Assembly (NCBI GenBank): GCA_016748015.1
Contig: JAAOMT010000294.1
Span: 164,541-228,540 of the forward strand
DNA length: 64,000 bases
Direction of reading: 5' to 3'
Source: Geosiphon pyriformis uo1
Lineage: Eukaryota; Fungi; Glomeromycota
Below the pieces are notes generated by a model. The model was not told where the DNA came from, did no database searches, and worked only from the letters and a program-made list of their open reading frames with translations. The position numbers were made by a program, and so were the translations under genes. Below are positions 25,339 through 38,911 of this stretch, piece by piece. Every line of letters starts with the position of its first letter. Within the stretch, counting starts at the first letter, position 1.

Positions 25339-26353
25339 TGTTACTAGAGGTTTTTGGTCTCTTTTCTTAAATGTTGGTAATGTTGATTTGCTGTGAATTC
25401 ACATTTTCAGGAAGTAGTTGAACCTCCAATAACTGAATTTATCTTCAAATTATCTCCTATAATTTGAACTGCTGGACTTATAAGTGGAATGGCCAATTCC
25501 TTGCCAGTTACTTTATGTAGTTATATTGTAGTAAATGTCAACTCTTTCCCAGGAATTGCTCGTTTGGAAGCTCACTAAAAATGTGTAGTTACTTTGCTGT
25601 AAAAGTCAACTCTTCTACAGGAATCTTGTTTGTAGGCTACCCTAATGATTATAGTAAGAAAAATAAAAGAAAATAAAAGAAATGTAAAAGAAATAGAATT
25701 TTTGTCAAGAGAAACGTTTTCTATCCAGACCTGGAGTCACTAACAGTTTACTGAAATTGGTAGCTAATCAATTTCGAAATGTTAGTTGGTTTTTGGGGAT
25801 TTTCTAAGGGCAATAATTAAAGAATTTGGTTTTTCAAATTATTTGGTATTTATTTCTTTTTGTGTGTGTAAAATTGGTTCTAAGTAATAAATCTAAAGTA
25901 AAATACATTTTTCAGAAGAGAAAAGCTCTTCTTTTATACAACTTGTTGTAGTACTAGTTTATAAACTTGCACTTTTTTTCTCTTTGCCCAAATTCCGGCA
26001 AACTAAAGATATATTTTGATGAACTACAAGTTATTTCACTGAACTATTGATTAATTTGGGTGAACTATTCATAATTTCGGTAAATTTCTGTAAATTTCGG
26101 CAAATTTCTTATAAATTTCAGCGAATTTCTGTAAATTTCAGCAAATTTTTGAATGTTACAAAGTTCAGAGTATTGTGTAATTTGATTATCTTACTTTCTG
26201 TTATACTAATTAGATTATTTTAATTGAATCGTGATATGTGATAATTGATTAAATAATAAATGATAATTTAAAATGATATTAATATACTAATGAATTATAG
26301 GAATTATAAGAGTAATTTTATGCTAATTAATAACTAAAATTCTACTGGTAACA
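25339..26353 (-). repeat. 3' LTR of E6 (family B)
   Basis: tgttacta...ctggtaaca; 20-bp AATTTCGGCGAATTTCTGTA repeats at 26073-26150; TATAAAAG at 25931-25938. Confidence 0.95.
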
Positions 26354-27041
26354 TAATCTCCTCCTCAAAACTGAGCTCCATCAAAGTCCAAGCACTATCT
26401 GTAATATTGAGATAGTGATCTAAAATGATTGAAGTAATCTGGTCTGAAAATTGTTGAAATTTCAGTTCTGTGAGTTTGCCAATGTATTGGACTTTCATTG
26501 ATTGCAGTATTGGATTTTGTAGAACATTTTCACAAGTATTAAACAAATCATAGAGTCTAAAAGCTGCTCTAAGTTTGTAGCGAGTGTTTGTTGATCCAGC
26601 TGCTGTTTTGAATTCATTGTAGATTTGTTTTTATATAACTTCAGGAGTGAGATTTGTTGCTTCAAGTTCCAGTTTTTGTTCATAAAGTGTTTTTCCAATT
26701 TAAAAGTATTTATAGATAGAGGTGTGTTCATTGTTCTGTTCATTAAGAAGTAGTAGTAGTTTTTGTTGCATTGTAGCATTTGGTGGAATGTCAATAGGGG
26801 CAATTAGCAGATTTTCTTCTAGTGCCTGCTTCAAAAGTCTTGGTAATCTATTCTCAGAGTGACTTTTTGTTTCTCTTCTATAGGGGTAATAGTTCTGTAA
26901 ATGATTTGCTACTGGAGCTGTGGTTTCTTTCTGAATGTATTTAATTTGACTTCCATTAATCGTTATAGATAAGTTAGGGAGTGTTTTCAAGGCTAACATT
27001 AATTTTTGGAATATTTGTTAAATATTTCGGGAAATAATCAT
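26334..27041 (-). pseudogene. ORF3 of E6 (variant 3)
   Basis: MIISRNI.QIFQKLMLALK...YKYF.IGKTL...AFRLYDLF...IMLPVEF*; stop lies inside the 3' LTR. Confidence 0.82.
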
Positions 27042-27212
27042 GATAAAATTGATTAATTATAAAAAGAGAAAATAAAGAAAATTATTTTTATTTTATTTTA
27101 TTTTATTTTATTTTTTTTTGATATGGGGTTTTTATTTGTTTTTGTGTTTGGGTGTTTTGTAATTATTTACTATTTTTGTCTTTGTGTTTTTAGTAGAAAA
27201 TTATTGTAAAAT

Positions 27213-30200
27213 TTAAGTGTTCAAGTTTGGTTGTTGTTCTATTATAATTATTGGTTCTAAATTTCGGGGAATATCTTCAGGATTAATTAAAAGGGAATGT
27301 GTACCAATTTGTGGAATTAATGGTTCAGGATTGTTTCTGGAATAATAGTGTTTCAGTCTGTCTCCATGTGCAACTTTTGCCAATATTTTGTTATCAAGTC
27401 TTAACTTATATGATTCATTGCCTAGAATTTCATGAATATAAAATAGTCCATCCCATTTGTTTTCAAATTTCTCACTCCATTGTTTTTCAGCCTTAGTTCT
27501 GTGTAAGAGAACTTTATTTTCAACTTTAAATTTGTTGGTAATAAATGGTAATTTGTTGTCATGTCTTTCTTTTTGTTGAGCTTGGGAATGTTCAATATGA
27601 GCTGCTGCTATTCTTCTTTTTTCTTCCAGTGTACTAAGAAGAGTGTAGGCTCTTCTTTAGAGTGTCTCTTGAAAGTTTTCTTCATTGATTGGTTGCACTG
27701 GATATGTTTCCACTGTGAAATTAATTGGTAATGTTGCTGTCCTTCCATAAGTAAGATCAAATGATATGTGTTTCATAGTATCTTGTTTTAGTGTTCTGTA
27801 TGCTAGTAACACTGATGGAATAAAGATATTCCATTTCTGTTCAAAGTCTGTTGAGACTTTGGCTAAAGATTCACACAATGTTCTGTTGAAATGTTCTACA
27901 AGTCCATTTGTTTAAGGGTGATAAGGTGATGATAAAGGTCTTTTGACATTGAACCATTCACAAATTTCTTGTATCAAGTTGTTCACAAAATGTGTTCCTT
28001 GATCAGATAAAAATTCAATTGAACATTCATGTCTACAAATAATGTCTTCATAGATGAAATTTGCTATTGATTTTGCATCTGCTCTTTGGATAGCTCTAGC
28101 TTCTGGCCATTTGGTAAGATAATCTACTGCTACTGCAATATAGCAATTTCCTTGGGTTGTGATAGATAATGGTCCGATTAAATCAATTCCAACTCTGTCA
28201 AAAGGTTGTCCAATTTTAATTGGATTTAAAGGTTCTGTGGGGTGAGTTCCTCCTTTTCTTTGGCAGTTATTACAAGATTCTACATATTGTTGAATGTCTT
28301 TTTGCATGTGAGGCCAAAAATAATGTTCAAGGGTTCTTTGAATTGTTCCCTCTTTTCCCAAGTGTGCTGAAGACAGATCTGTGTGCATGTTGTATAAAAT
28401 TGTTTCTTTTTTATTCTCTTGTACTAATATGAGTGGCTGGTTTGGTTTTCTGTAATTTTTATAATAAATTTTGTTCTGATGTATGAAATATTGTTTTGAT
28501 TGGTGTTGTAAGTGGTGTTTTCACTTGGAGACCAGTTTTCTGGCATGGTAAGGATCTCCAAATAATTTTTAAGATTGCTGTAGTTTCTGGGATCCATTCT
28601 TGTTTGGTTATTTTGTTGGTAAGTTGGTAAGTTGTAGTGGAATTGTTGTTGGTATTAATCTTGTCTCATTCTTGAGAGGCTATCAACATTGGTATGTAGT
28701 TTTCCTGGTTTGTGGTGTACAATATATCTGTAGTCTGCTAGGAAGTTATTCCATCGAGACTGTTTGGCACTTTGTTCAGTTTTTTTTTTATTGAGCTATT
28801 TGAGGCCAATGTTGTCCGTTATTATGTCAAATTCTTTTCCATTTTTCAGATATTGTTGAAAATGTTTAAGAGCCCAAATAACTGCAGCAGCTTCTAATTC
28901 AGTTGAGCCATATTTGAGTTCTGTTGGCTTGAGTGTTCTGCTGGCATAGGCAATAACTTGTTCTTGGCCATTTTCATCCAATTGTGATAAAATGGCACCA
29001 AATGCTATGTATGAGGCATCAGTGGCTAATTGGAATCGTTTGTTGAAGTCTGGATAAGCAAGAACTGGGGCTGTTGTCAATTTTGTTTTGAGAATTTCAA
29101 AAGCTTTTTGTTGTTCTTCAGTCTATTTGTATGGTATGTTTTTGTTGATAAGATAATTGAGTGGTTTGGCAATTTCTGAGAATTTTTTTATGAATTTTCG
29201 ATAGTAAGAGGCTAATCCCACAAATCTTCTTAGTTCTGTAGTATTTCTGGGGATTTAAAAGTTTTTGACAGCATTGATTGTTCCTGGATTTGGTTTGATT
29301 CCATCTTTACTAACTATGTGTCCAAGAAAGATTAAACTTGTTTTTCCAAAGTGATATTTCTCAATATTTAACTTTAATCCTGCTTTCTGTAATCATTGAA
29401 AAACTTCTTGTAGGTGAATGAAATGGGCTTCAAAGCTTGGTAAGTATACATCAGTATCATCAAGATAAACAACTACTGATTGCCACAAGAGCCCTTCATA
29501 GACAACATTCATGAGCTGCTGAAATGTTGCTGGTGCATTGCAGAGTCCAAAAGGCATAACATTAAACTCATAATTTCCTCATTGAATGGTGAATGCTGTT
29601 TTGGGTCTATCTTTTGGGTCCATTTCGACTTGCTAGTATCCACTTTCCAGGTCTAAAGTTGAAAAGAACTTGGCTTTTCCCAGAGCATCTAGCATGTCAT
29701 CAATTCTTGGAAGAGAGTAGGCATCTCTAATTGTAACACTATTCAGTTGTCTATAATCAACACAGAATCTAATTTTTCCGTTTTTCTTTTTAACTAAAAC
29801 TACTGGTGAGGCCCAAAGACTTCTTGATGGTTGAATCAATTCGTTATTGAGCATTCTTTGGACCTCTTCTCTGATAAATTGGTGGCTGGCAGGTGGCACT
29901 CGATAAGCTTGTTGATGTTTTGGTAGAGCATTTCCTGTATGAATCTGATGTTGAACAATGTCTGTTTTTCCCAAGTCATTGTTGTCTTTTGCAAATATAT
30001 TTGCAAATTCAGCTATCAATTGTTTCAATTGTCTTTGTTGTTGAGGTTCTAAGGGACCCATATTGATTCGAGAGAGTTTTTCTTCCAACAAGTGGTAGTT
30101 TTCAGTAGTGGGAATGATATTTGGATTTGGGAGTAGAGTGTGCTTTATAATTTCGATGAAATTAGAGACAATTTGAGGGTTTTCATCTTAAAAGATATTG

Positions 30201-33200
30201 CTGTGTATGATTCCAATTTCTAATTTGTTTAATAAAACAATAGGGTAATTATTGGGGTTGTAGAATGTAACTCAAAATTTTTTCATTCCTTTGGGAATAT
30301 AAACATTTGGAATTGATATTTCATGCTTCAAACAGATTTGTTCATTGGATTCAAAGATTTGTTGGGTAGTAGTGAGTTTTGAGCAAGTGTAAATTTCGTG
30401 ATGTTCTCCAAAAAATGAAATGGTAATTGGCTGAGAAAGTTGAAGAATCTGGTGAGATTTATTTTGTGTATTAAGAACTATGTTTACTGGAACTGTAAAT
30501 CGTCCAGTTGAACCAAAACCTTGAGTTCCTCTTTTACTTTTTCCCAATTGTTCTCTGTTGTTTACTGATTGTAAACCCGAAATGTTGATTAAGGGTAAGT
30601 AAATTGCTTGAGCAATTTTTTCAGCATGTTCAATTTTGAATGGTTTGTCTGTCTCATTCTGTAACATGATGGTAATGTCTCCAGTGTATTCTGCATCTAT
30701 AACTCCTCCTCTAATATTGATTCCTTTGCTTGCCAATAATGATCTGAAGACAATTTGAACCATTGCTCCTGGTAGAATTTCAAGAGCAATTTTTAGATTG
30801 ATTTTTGTCAAGGACTTTGGTTGGAGAATCAAAGTATCTTTTCCTGGGTATCTCAAGTCATATCCAGCATCAATTTCGTGTGCTTTTTCTAGTCTGATTC
30901 TTTGGCCATGGTTGTCAAAATATTTAAGTTGTAAAGATGGTTGCTTTTCAAGAAGATAGATGGAGGTGGTTGGTAGTTCTTCTACTTGTTCAGATACTCC
31001 AAATTCGATTTCATTTTCATCATTCTTATCTGGCAGAGGAATGCTAAGAGCATAACATTCTAAACATCATTGGTTATCACAAGGCATAACACATTCTTCA
31101 CACAATTAAATGTTCATTTGCTCTAATTATTGAATTTGAGCTTCTTTGGTCGGATATGTGTGGCTTGCAATTTGGTGGTAGGTTTCTACTTTATCTTCAT
31201 AATCAAATCCAGCTAATTCCATAGTGTACTCAATATATTCAGCTTCTTTCATTTGGCAGACATCTTCTTGAATGGCTCCATTGATTAATGTCATTGCTAG
31301 GTCAAAAATCATTTCAGTATCATGAGGGTAGTGGTAAAGTTTATTGAGAGCACTGTTATATGCTGCATCAAATGGTGTTCCTCTTCTGACTTTTTTCGAA
31401 ATTGATAGAGCATATTGACAGGTTTGATCACATACTCCTCCTCTCATTGCTACATCAATCCAATTGCATTCTTCTGGTAGTATTTCTCCACATGTAAGAC
31501 AAGGTGTGTTGTCTCATTTTCCACTTCTTTTTGGAGATCCAAATCGTTCTCTATGGCATGCTTTGTAAAAGTAACAGGTATGAGTTTCATATTCCTCTTC
31601 TGAAGAAATACATGCTCCCATTGATGAAAGTTTTTTGTTGCAATCTTTGCATTTGAGTGGAATATAGAGTGGTTGTTTCTGTGGTTCTGGTATAGAATAT
31701 CTAACTTTCTTCCATCCCCTTGATTCTTCGAAAATCTCTTGTTCAGTTTCTTCAGCCCAATTGGATGTTGATCCAAGAGCCATGTAGGTTTCAATAAGTG
31801 GCATTTCTTTCTCCTCTTCAAATTCAAATACTGGAGCTTTTTCTGATCGTTTGTTAAAAGTACTACAGATTGCAGGTACTATGGTATATTGTCCTTGGTA
31901 TGAGATTTTAAGTTCTTGAGTTTCTCAGTTCAGGTTTGCATTGGCCTTGAGAAGCCAATCATTTCTGACTAGAGCTTGGTATTGGGGTGCATCTATAACA
32001 AGAACTTTAACTAGAATAGTGATTTCATCAATTGAAAAAGGGAAATCATTAATTTCTCCTACTGGAGTCTTCTTCATACCATCAGCTGTGACAATAACTG
32101 TTTGAGCTGGTCTGTTTACATTTCGTTTGAGTTGTTGCATCAGCTGGTAAGTGATGATACTTCCAGCTGATCTACTATCTAAGATTAACCGAATGAATTT
32201 TCCTTCCACTGTAGCTTCTGTGTACATGGCAGTAATTGCTTTCTGTTCATTGACTGCTGTATTACTAAGCAGAAATGGTGATTCATTTGCCTCAAATTCA
32301 AATGGAAATATATCTGACAGATTAGCATTTTGGGCAATTTGAGCTGAGAAAATGGTGTGGTTGGAAGAGTTCAATCTTGGTGCTGCAATTTCACTTTCAG
32401 AAAGTGCAGTTTGTTGAAAATCCGATTCCTCTGGTATTGTAAGATAACTGGGTTGAGTGTGATAGTGATTGGGTTTTTGCTGGCCCGAATTTTGGGGAAC
32501 CAACTGGTTATTTGGATTGATTCTGTTGTGGTTATTCTGCAATTGATTTTGGGGTGTGAATTGGTTATGTTGAACCAATCTTCTTGCTGGTACTTAATAT
32601 TGTTGAGTGGGTGGTGTCTGATATGGCTGAATTGGTAAAAGTTGCTGATATTGTTGCTGCATTGATTGTGGAGCTGGTGGATAGTAACTGTTTTGATTTT
32701 GTGGCCTTGGTGAATAATAAGTTGGTGGTGAAGATTGGTAATAGAATTGTTGTGGTAAAAGAGTAACGTTGATTACTCCTGTTTTGTTGGTCTTTTTGTA
32801 ATTTCCTACAATCTCGTTTCCAGTGTCTTGGAATTCCACAATAATGACAATTTTGAGATTGGTTGTTGGATGATGATTCAAAATTGTTTTGGTTGTGTCA
32901 TTGTGGGGGTTGATATCTTTGTGGTTGTTGTGGCTGTTGTTGTTGGTTTGTGAAGTAGCTTTCAACTTTTTTTGTGAGTTGGTCTATCTTCTTTTCAGCT
33001 GCTGAGCTGGTTTCTCCAATTGCAAGATTTACAAGCTTGGTGTGATTTGCTTCTTTCATTGCCATTTCATAGCTCTTTGCCTGTCTAATAGCAGTTGCTA
33101 AGTCTGCTGGAGCATATGGACAGACTTTCTTAATCAGTTTGTCTTTTAACCCTGCTATAAACTAATTCAGAATTTGAGCATCAGAATAGTAGTCATTGGT

Positions 33201-34055
33201 TTCCAATTGTTGGATTCATCTGAGAAGTTTGTTAAATCTTCCAAGATAGGTTATAACAGATTCAGATTTTTCTTGTTTGATATTGCGAAAGCAGTTTCTG
33301 AGAGTGATAGAGGTATTGTTGTCAGTGAATTGTTGTAGGAAAGCATCTTTGAATGCTTGCCAGTTTTCAAATGGTTCTTCTAAATTTTCAAACCATTCTC
33401 CTGTTGTTCTTTAGAGAAAGTAGAGAATTGCTTTGAGCATTCTTGCTGCAATCCAACCATTTGTATCTCCTGCTTTTTGAACTTTGTCAAGCCATTCTTG
33501 GGGACTGATATCATTGTCTTCACCAGTGAATTCTGGGATTTTTGCAATGTAAGCAGTTGCCATTTCTTCTTTGTTTTTTGGAATTTTTTTTGGTTCTGAT
33601 TCAGTTTCCTTACTTTCCAAGCTTTCTGAGTAATTACTTTCGTTTTTCTGTAAATAATCAATGATATTAGCACTTGTTGATATTGGTTCCTGCTGTTGAG
33701 TAGGATTTCTAAGTGACTGAAAATTTTCTGGTCTGGAGAAACAGCTAAGTAGTGAACTTGGTGTTTGTGGTTGAACAAGTAAAATTGGAAATAGTGTAAT
33801 AGAAAGTAGTAATTTGACACTGGTTCCTTGTTCAGGTGTTTGCAAGTGTTTGGCAGTTGTCTTTTGTAGTGTTGGAGTGTTTGGAGTGGTTCTTGAGTAT
33901 TGCTTTAATCTTTGTTTGCCTTTATTGCTTGTTTCTGTCTCTGATTCAAAGTCAAAAGAGTATTTAGACTGTACTGGGTATTTTTTTTCACAATACTTAA
34001 TAATATTAAAATTAAGTTCTTGGAAGTAGGTAGCAAGTGTTTCACTGTTCAGGTC
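27213..34055 (-). pseudogene. pol: E6 Gag-Pol: gag ~32780-34055, PR ~31900-32240, Cys-rich ~31040-31680, dUTPase ~30490-30930, RT ~29080-29860, RNase H ~28710-29070, IN ~27213-28598
   Basis: DAGYDL, GGVIDAEYTG, RGTQGFGSTG; WASPVVLV, CVDYRQLN, YLDD; LATDAS, ELEAAAV; VGIDLIGP, SDQGTHF. Confidence 0.94.
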
Positions 34056-34274
34056 NNNNNNNNNNNNNNNNNNNNNNNNNNNNNNNNNNNNNNNNNNNNN
34101 NNNNNNNNNNNNNNNNNNNNNNNNNNNNNNNNNNNNNNNNNNNNNNNNNNNNNNNNNNNNNNNNNNNNNNNNNNNNNNNNNNNNNNNNNNNNNNNNNNNN
34201 NNNNNNNNNNNNNNNNNNNNNNNNNNNNNNNNNNNNNNNNNNNNNNNNNNNNNNNNNNNNNNNNNNNNNNNNNN
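34056..34274. other. Assembly gap (219 N) covering E6 gag start, PBS and U5 end
   Basis: N run; both flanks match E7 (47619 and 48044). Confidence 0.99.
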
Positions 34275-35093
34275 CCAATTCCTTGCCAGTTACTTTATGT
34301 AGTTACGTTGTAGTAAACGTCAACTCTTTCCCAGGAATTGCTTGTCTGGAAGCTCACTAAAAATGTGTAGTTACTTTGCTGTAAAAGTCAACTCTTCTAC
34401 AGGAATTTTGTCTGTAGGCTACCCTAGTGATTATAGTAAGAAAAATAAAAGAAAATAAAAAAAATGTAAAAGAAATAGAATTTTTGTCAAGAGAAACGTT
34501 TTCTATCCAGGCCTGGAGTTACTAACAGTTTACTGAAATTGGTAGCTAATCAATTTCGAAATGTTAGTTGGTTTTTGGGGATTTTCCAAGGGCAATAATT
34601 AAAGAATTTGGTTTTTCAAATTATTTGGTATTTATTTCTTTTTGTGTGTGTAGAATTGGTTCTAAGTAATAAATCTAAAGTAAAATACATTTTCCAGAAA
34701 AGAAAAGCTCTTCTTTTATACAACTTGTTGTAGTACTAGTTTATGAACTTGCACTTTTTTCTTTTTGCCCAAATTCTGGCAAATTAAAGATACATTTTGA
34801 TGAATTACAAGTTATTTCACTGAACTATTGATTAATTTGGGTGAACTATTCATAATTTCGGCGAATTTCTGTAAATTTCGGTGAATTTTTGAATGTTACA
34901 TAGTTCAGGGTATTGTGTAATTTGATCATCTTACTTTTTGTTATACTAATTAGATTATTTTAATTGAATTGTGATATGTAATAATTGATTAAATAATAAA
35001 TGATAATTTGAAATGATATTAATATACTAATGAATTATAAGAATTATAAGGGTAATTTCATGCTAATTAATAGCTAAAATTCTACTGGTAACA
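34275..35093 (-). repeat. 5' LTR of E6 (U5 end in gap)
   Basis: Matches 25493-26353; ends ctggtaaca followed by TSD acaa. Confidence 0.93.
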
Positions 35094-35097
35094 ACAA

Positions 35098-38000
35098 CAA
35101 AGATACCCAATCACTTATGCAAGTAAAGGCAAAAGAAAATTACAAATACCAGCAGTAACACCTCAACGGATCCAATCACTCACTTGGAAAAAACACAGAA
35201 TTGAATCACCTACAAATCTATCATATCATTATACTTCTAGAAGCACCATCAATATTGCATCAGCAGGCACGTCTATATCAAATGCATTAACATTTGAACA
35301 ATTTCCATTCCAAAGTAAACAAAAAAAAGAAGATCTATTAGGACTATATGGTACATACTTCAAGAAATTCAAATCAAGATCACCAATGCCATCAGGAGTT
35401 TGATTACCACCATCTCAACCAGATTTTGGAATTATTGATTTGTGGGAACCAACTGAATCGGAAAAAGAACAAAAAGAAGAAGAGGAAGAAGAATCTAAAG
35501 ATTAAGAATTCACTTACCAAAACCTGATTACTGAGAATCCAGATATTAGAACTCTGAATTTTCAGACTCAGCAAGATCAAAATCTAGAAAATCCAGAAAT
35601 CGGAACTCCACCAAATCAGAATGACCAAAATCCTGACTTAATTAATCAACAAAACTTACCTCCAAATATTATCATTGATCAGTCACCAATTGAACTGATT
35701 CAACAGCAGCAAATACTTTTTTAATAGCCACCACTACAGCAACTTATCCAGCAACCAGTTTAGGAACTGCAACAACAGCTTCAACCACCAATATAACAAC
35801 AGCAACCAATTGAGCCAATGGTTTTTGCACCAATCACAAAACTTGAGAAGTTCACTGGTGAAGAGGATGATGCCTAAGCATGAATCAATGACATTGCCAA
35901 AGCCATCACTGCAAATAATTGAGATGACACAAGAACAATACAAGTCATTCTATATTTCCTAAAGGATACTGCCAACTCATGATATCATAGCTTGGCCCAG
36001 AAACCCCAAAATTTTGATGCATTTAAAATAGAATTCCTAAGATATTTTAGTGATAACAACAGCATCAACTGCCTGGCAAGTACTTTTACCACCCTAAAAC
36101 AAGAAGACACAGAAGCAATCATCACTTACTTGGGACACTTCCACAGAAATCTGCACCAAATTCAAGCTATCCAAGCTAATTACTTTACAGTGCCACAAAT
36201 CTTAAATCAGTTCATTAGAGGCTTACACAGCAGCATCCTCCAACGAGTACGTCCAATGCATCTGGTAGACCTTTCTACCACAGTCACTCATGCTAGAGAT
36301 TTTAAAGCTGCTGAGTTAAAAGCCAACCATGCCCAAGCTGTGAATTTGGTAATGAATAGATCATCTGACTTGGATTCTAAACTAAAACAATTCAGTGATT
36401 TCATTAATCAGAAATTAGAGAGATACTTAGCTGACAATTGCCCAATTTATCAGCCTCCTCAACAACATAATAATCAAGGAAATGCAAATTGTTTCCAAAA
36501 TCAGTTGTGTCCATTATTATCAACCAATCAACCATGACAACAAGAAATGTGAATCTGTCACAACTGTGGTAACCAAGGTCACCTTAGAGCCAATTGCCAT
36601 GCTTATAGTAATCCATGATCAGGAAATCAATATCGAAATCCTGATCACTGGTTCCCAACTCCGAATTATTACTCAAATCAAAATCAATATCAATCCGTTT
36701 ATCTGTCAATAACACAACAGCCAATATATCAACCACCTGTATATTAACCTCCAGTTTATCAACTGCAGCCACTGGTAATATATTAACTACTGCAGTCACA
36801 AATAATTTATCAGACACCTGCAGTTTAAACACCACCATCCAATCCAGCTCAAATAACATCAAAAAACCCCAGATCAAGAGTCACTTAAAACTGGAGATTG
36901 GCAATGATTGTCCATCAACTAATTTCCAGCTTCTCTCAACAACCAAGTGGATCACGTTCTTGGAATTTAGGCACCAGTCACACCCAAAACCCAAATTTCC
37001 AGAACTATTTAAGTCTTTTGGTTACCCCTGAAAATGCCCAATCTAACCAACAGGAACTCATTCAATGACAATTACTTATTAACAACATTCCATCTGTTAC
37101 AATCACCAAAAACAAATTATTGGACACTATTTTTTCCTTTGAACTCAAGAAACCATCAAATCTGCTATTATTTAGTGGAGCAGCCTTAGATACCAAACCA
37201 ATTACTGCCATGTACACTGATGCAAAAGTTGATGGCCATGCCATCAAACTCATCCTAGATAGCAGTTCGGCAGACAGCATTATTATGAAACAACTCATGG
37301 ATCAATTAGGTCACCAAGTTAATTGAGCTGCCAGTACAAGAATCATCACTGCTGATAGAACAACTAAAACTCCTATTGGTGAAATTAATAACTTTCCTAT
37401 AGAAGTTAATAGCATAATTATCCCAATCAAAGTACTAGTTATAGAAGCCACTCAGTACTAAGTATTAGTTAGTAATGACTGGCTTACCAAAACAAATGCC
37501 ATCCTCAATTAGACCACTCAGAAGTTGCAGCTCAACCAGAATGGCTGACACACAAGAGTACCAACAACGTGTGGCCATTTTAAACCCAGCAGCGTCAAGC
37601 CAGCTTTACTTATCAATTTTGAGGAAAAAAAGCCAAAACCAACATAGAAAACATATCAGGTCTTGTGGGCCAATATTGACCACAACAAACTGCCACCAAT
37701 ACTTACTTGGGACAACAATGACAATAGAAAGAAGAAACAAAGAAAAGAACATACCTGGGAAACCACCATCGATGCATGGACTGATGACAACTAAAGCGAG
37801 ATGTTACCAATTCTAGACTGAGAAGAAAAAGACAAAAAGAAAGAGAAAAAAGGGAAGAAGATATACTGAAAAACACCAACACCACAGAAGAATTAACTAG
37901 TGGCTGGGAAAAAGAATACTCACATAAACTGATCAAGGAACCACCATATATACCTCTTAAATGCAAAGACTGTCAAAAGAAATTGTCCTCCATGGGAGCC

Positions 38001-38911
38001 TAAGTTGTTCCTGACGAAGACTATGGGACAAAAACACACTATTATTGCAAGCCTTGCCACTGCGAATGCTATGGCTACCCAAAAAGACAAGGCAAGTGGG
38101 ACAATGAACCATGTCTTGTTTGTGGCAAACAACTACTGGATGAAGGAATGTGGAATAACATTCCTAGATGAGAAGAAACGTGTAACGCTTTGTGCCAATA
38201 CACGATACTCATTAGTGACTGGGTGAGTCATGGAATGCCTATTATTGCAGCCTGGCACTGAGCAATCAATCGCTTGAATGGGTATCCACATGATGAGAAC
38301 AAGATCTGGCAGATGACAAATGCCAAAATCGAAGGAGTTACACCTACTGAAATTCTGAAAATTAAGAACAACCCTCCAAAACCAGTCAACATTGTCTTAA
38401 TCCCAAACCTAAACACTTTCCTAGACATAGAAGCCAGTCCAAAGAAATTTCACAAGCATTACCAAAATTTGGCACCAACAAGAGAAGAGCAGAAACAACA
38501 CTTGGAAAAAATAAACACCCAATTATGTGACTACTGTTTGATCCCATGTGACTTTCAGTATTGTAATGAATGTGATCTTATTTACAATCCACCACCACGT
38601 ATGATCTACATGATCCCAAAAGAAGACAAACCAATGAGCAACTGTGCATCAGAATCGGAATCAACTTTTAATCCCAATTCAAACTTTAACAATAATGATG
38701 ATGAAAACAACGGTTTCAGCTCTACTCAATATGGCAATAAAAATAACAATAATTCAGACTCCAATTCAAACCCCAAAATATACATTGCACTTTCTAATCT
38801 CTCCAAAGAACAGGAACTCAAATGGTATAGTGACAATAATGAAGATATTATGCCAGAATGTGCCCATAATACCAATGCAGGGTTTGATCTGAGATATCCA
38901 AGAAAAAACAC
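35098..38911 (+). pseudogene. gag: E5 gag (capsid, CHNCGNQGHLRANC knuckle), protease, Cys-rich domain, dUTPase start
   Basis: MVFAPITKLEKFTGEEDD, LKQEDTEA, LILDSSSA, CKDC..YCKPC..CLVC, NAGFDLRYP. Confidence 0.9.

Larger units (their letters stand above)
25339..35093 (-). mobile_element. E6: family-B Ty3/Gypsy element, full length apart from an assembly gap
   Basis: 3' LTR 25339-26353, 5' LTR <=34275-35093, perfect TSD acaa, RT SVVVYLDDTDV at ~29446-29478. Confidence 0.95.

Noticed and set aside
30272-30856. Host or phage dut gene
   Set aside because: It is embedded in frame in Gag-Pol in every element
34301-34325. Iron-responsive element (bulge + 5-bp stem + hexaloop)
   Set aside because: Geometry is similar but the bulge is G and the loop is not CAGUGN
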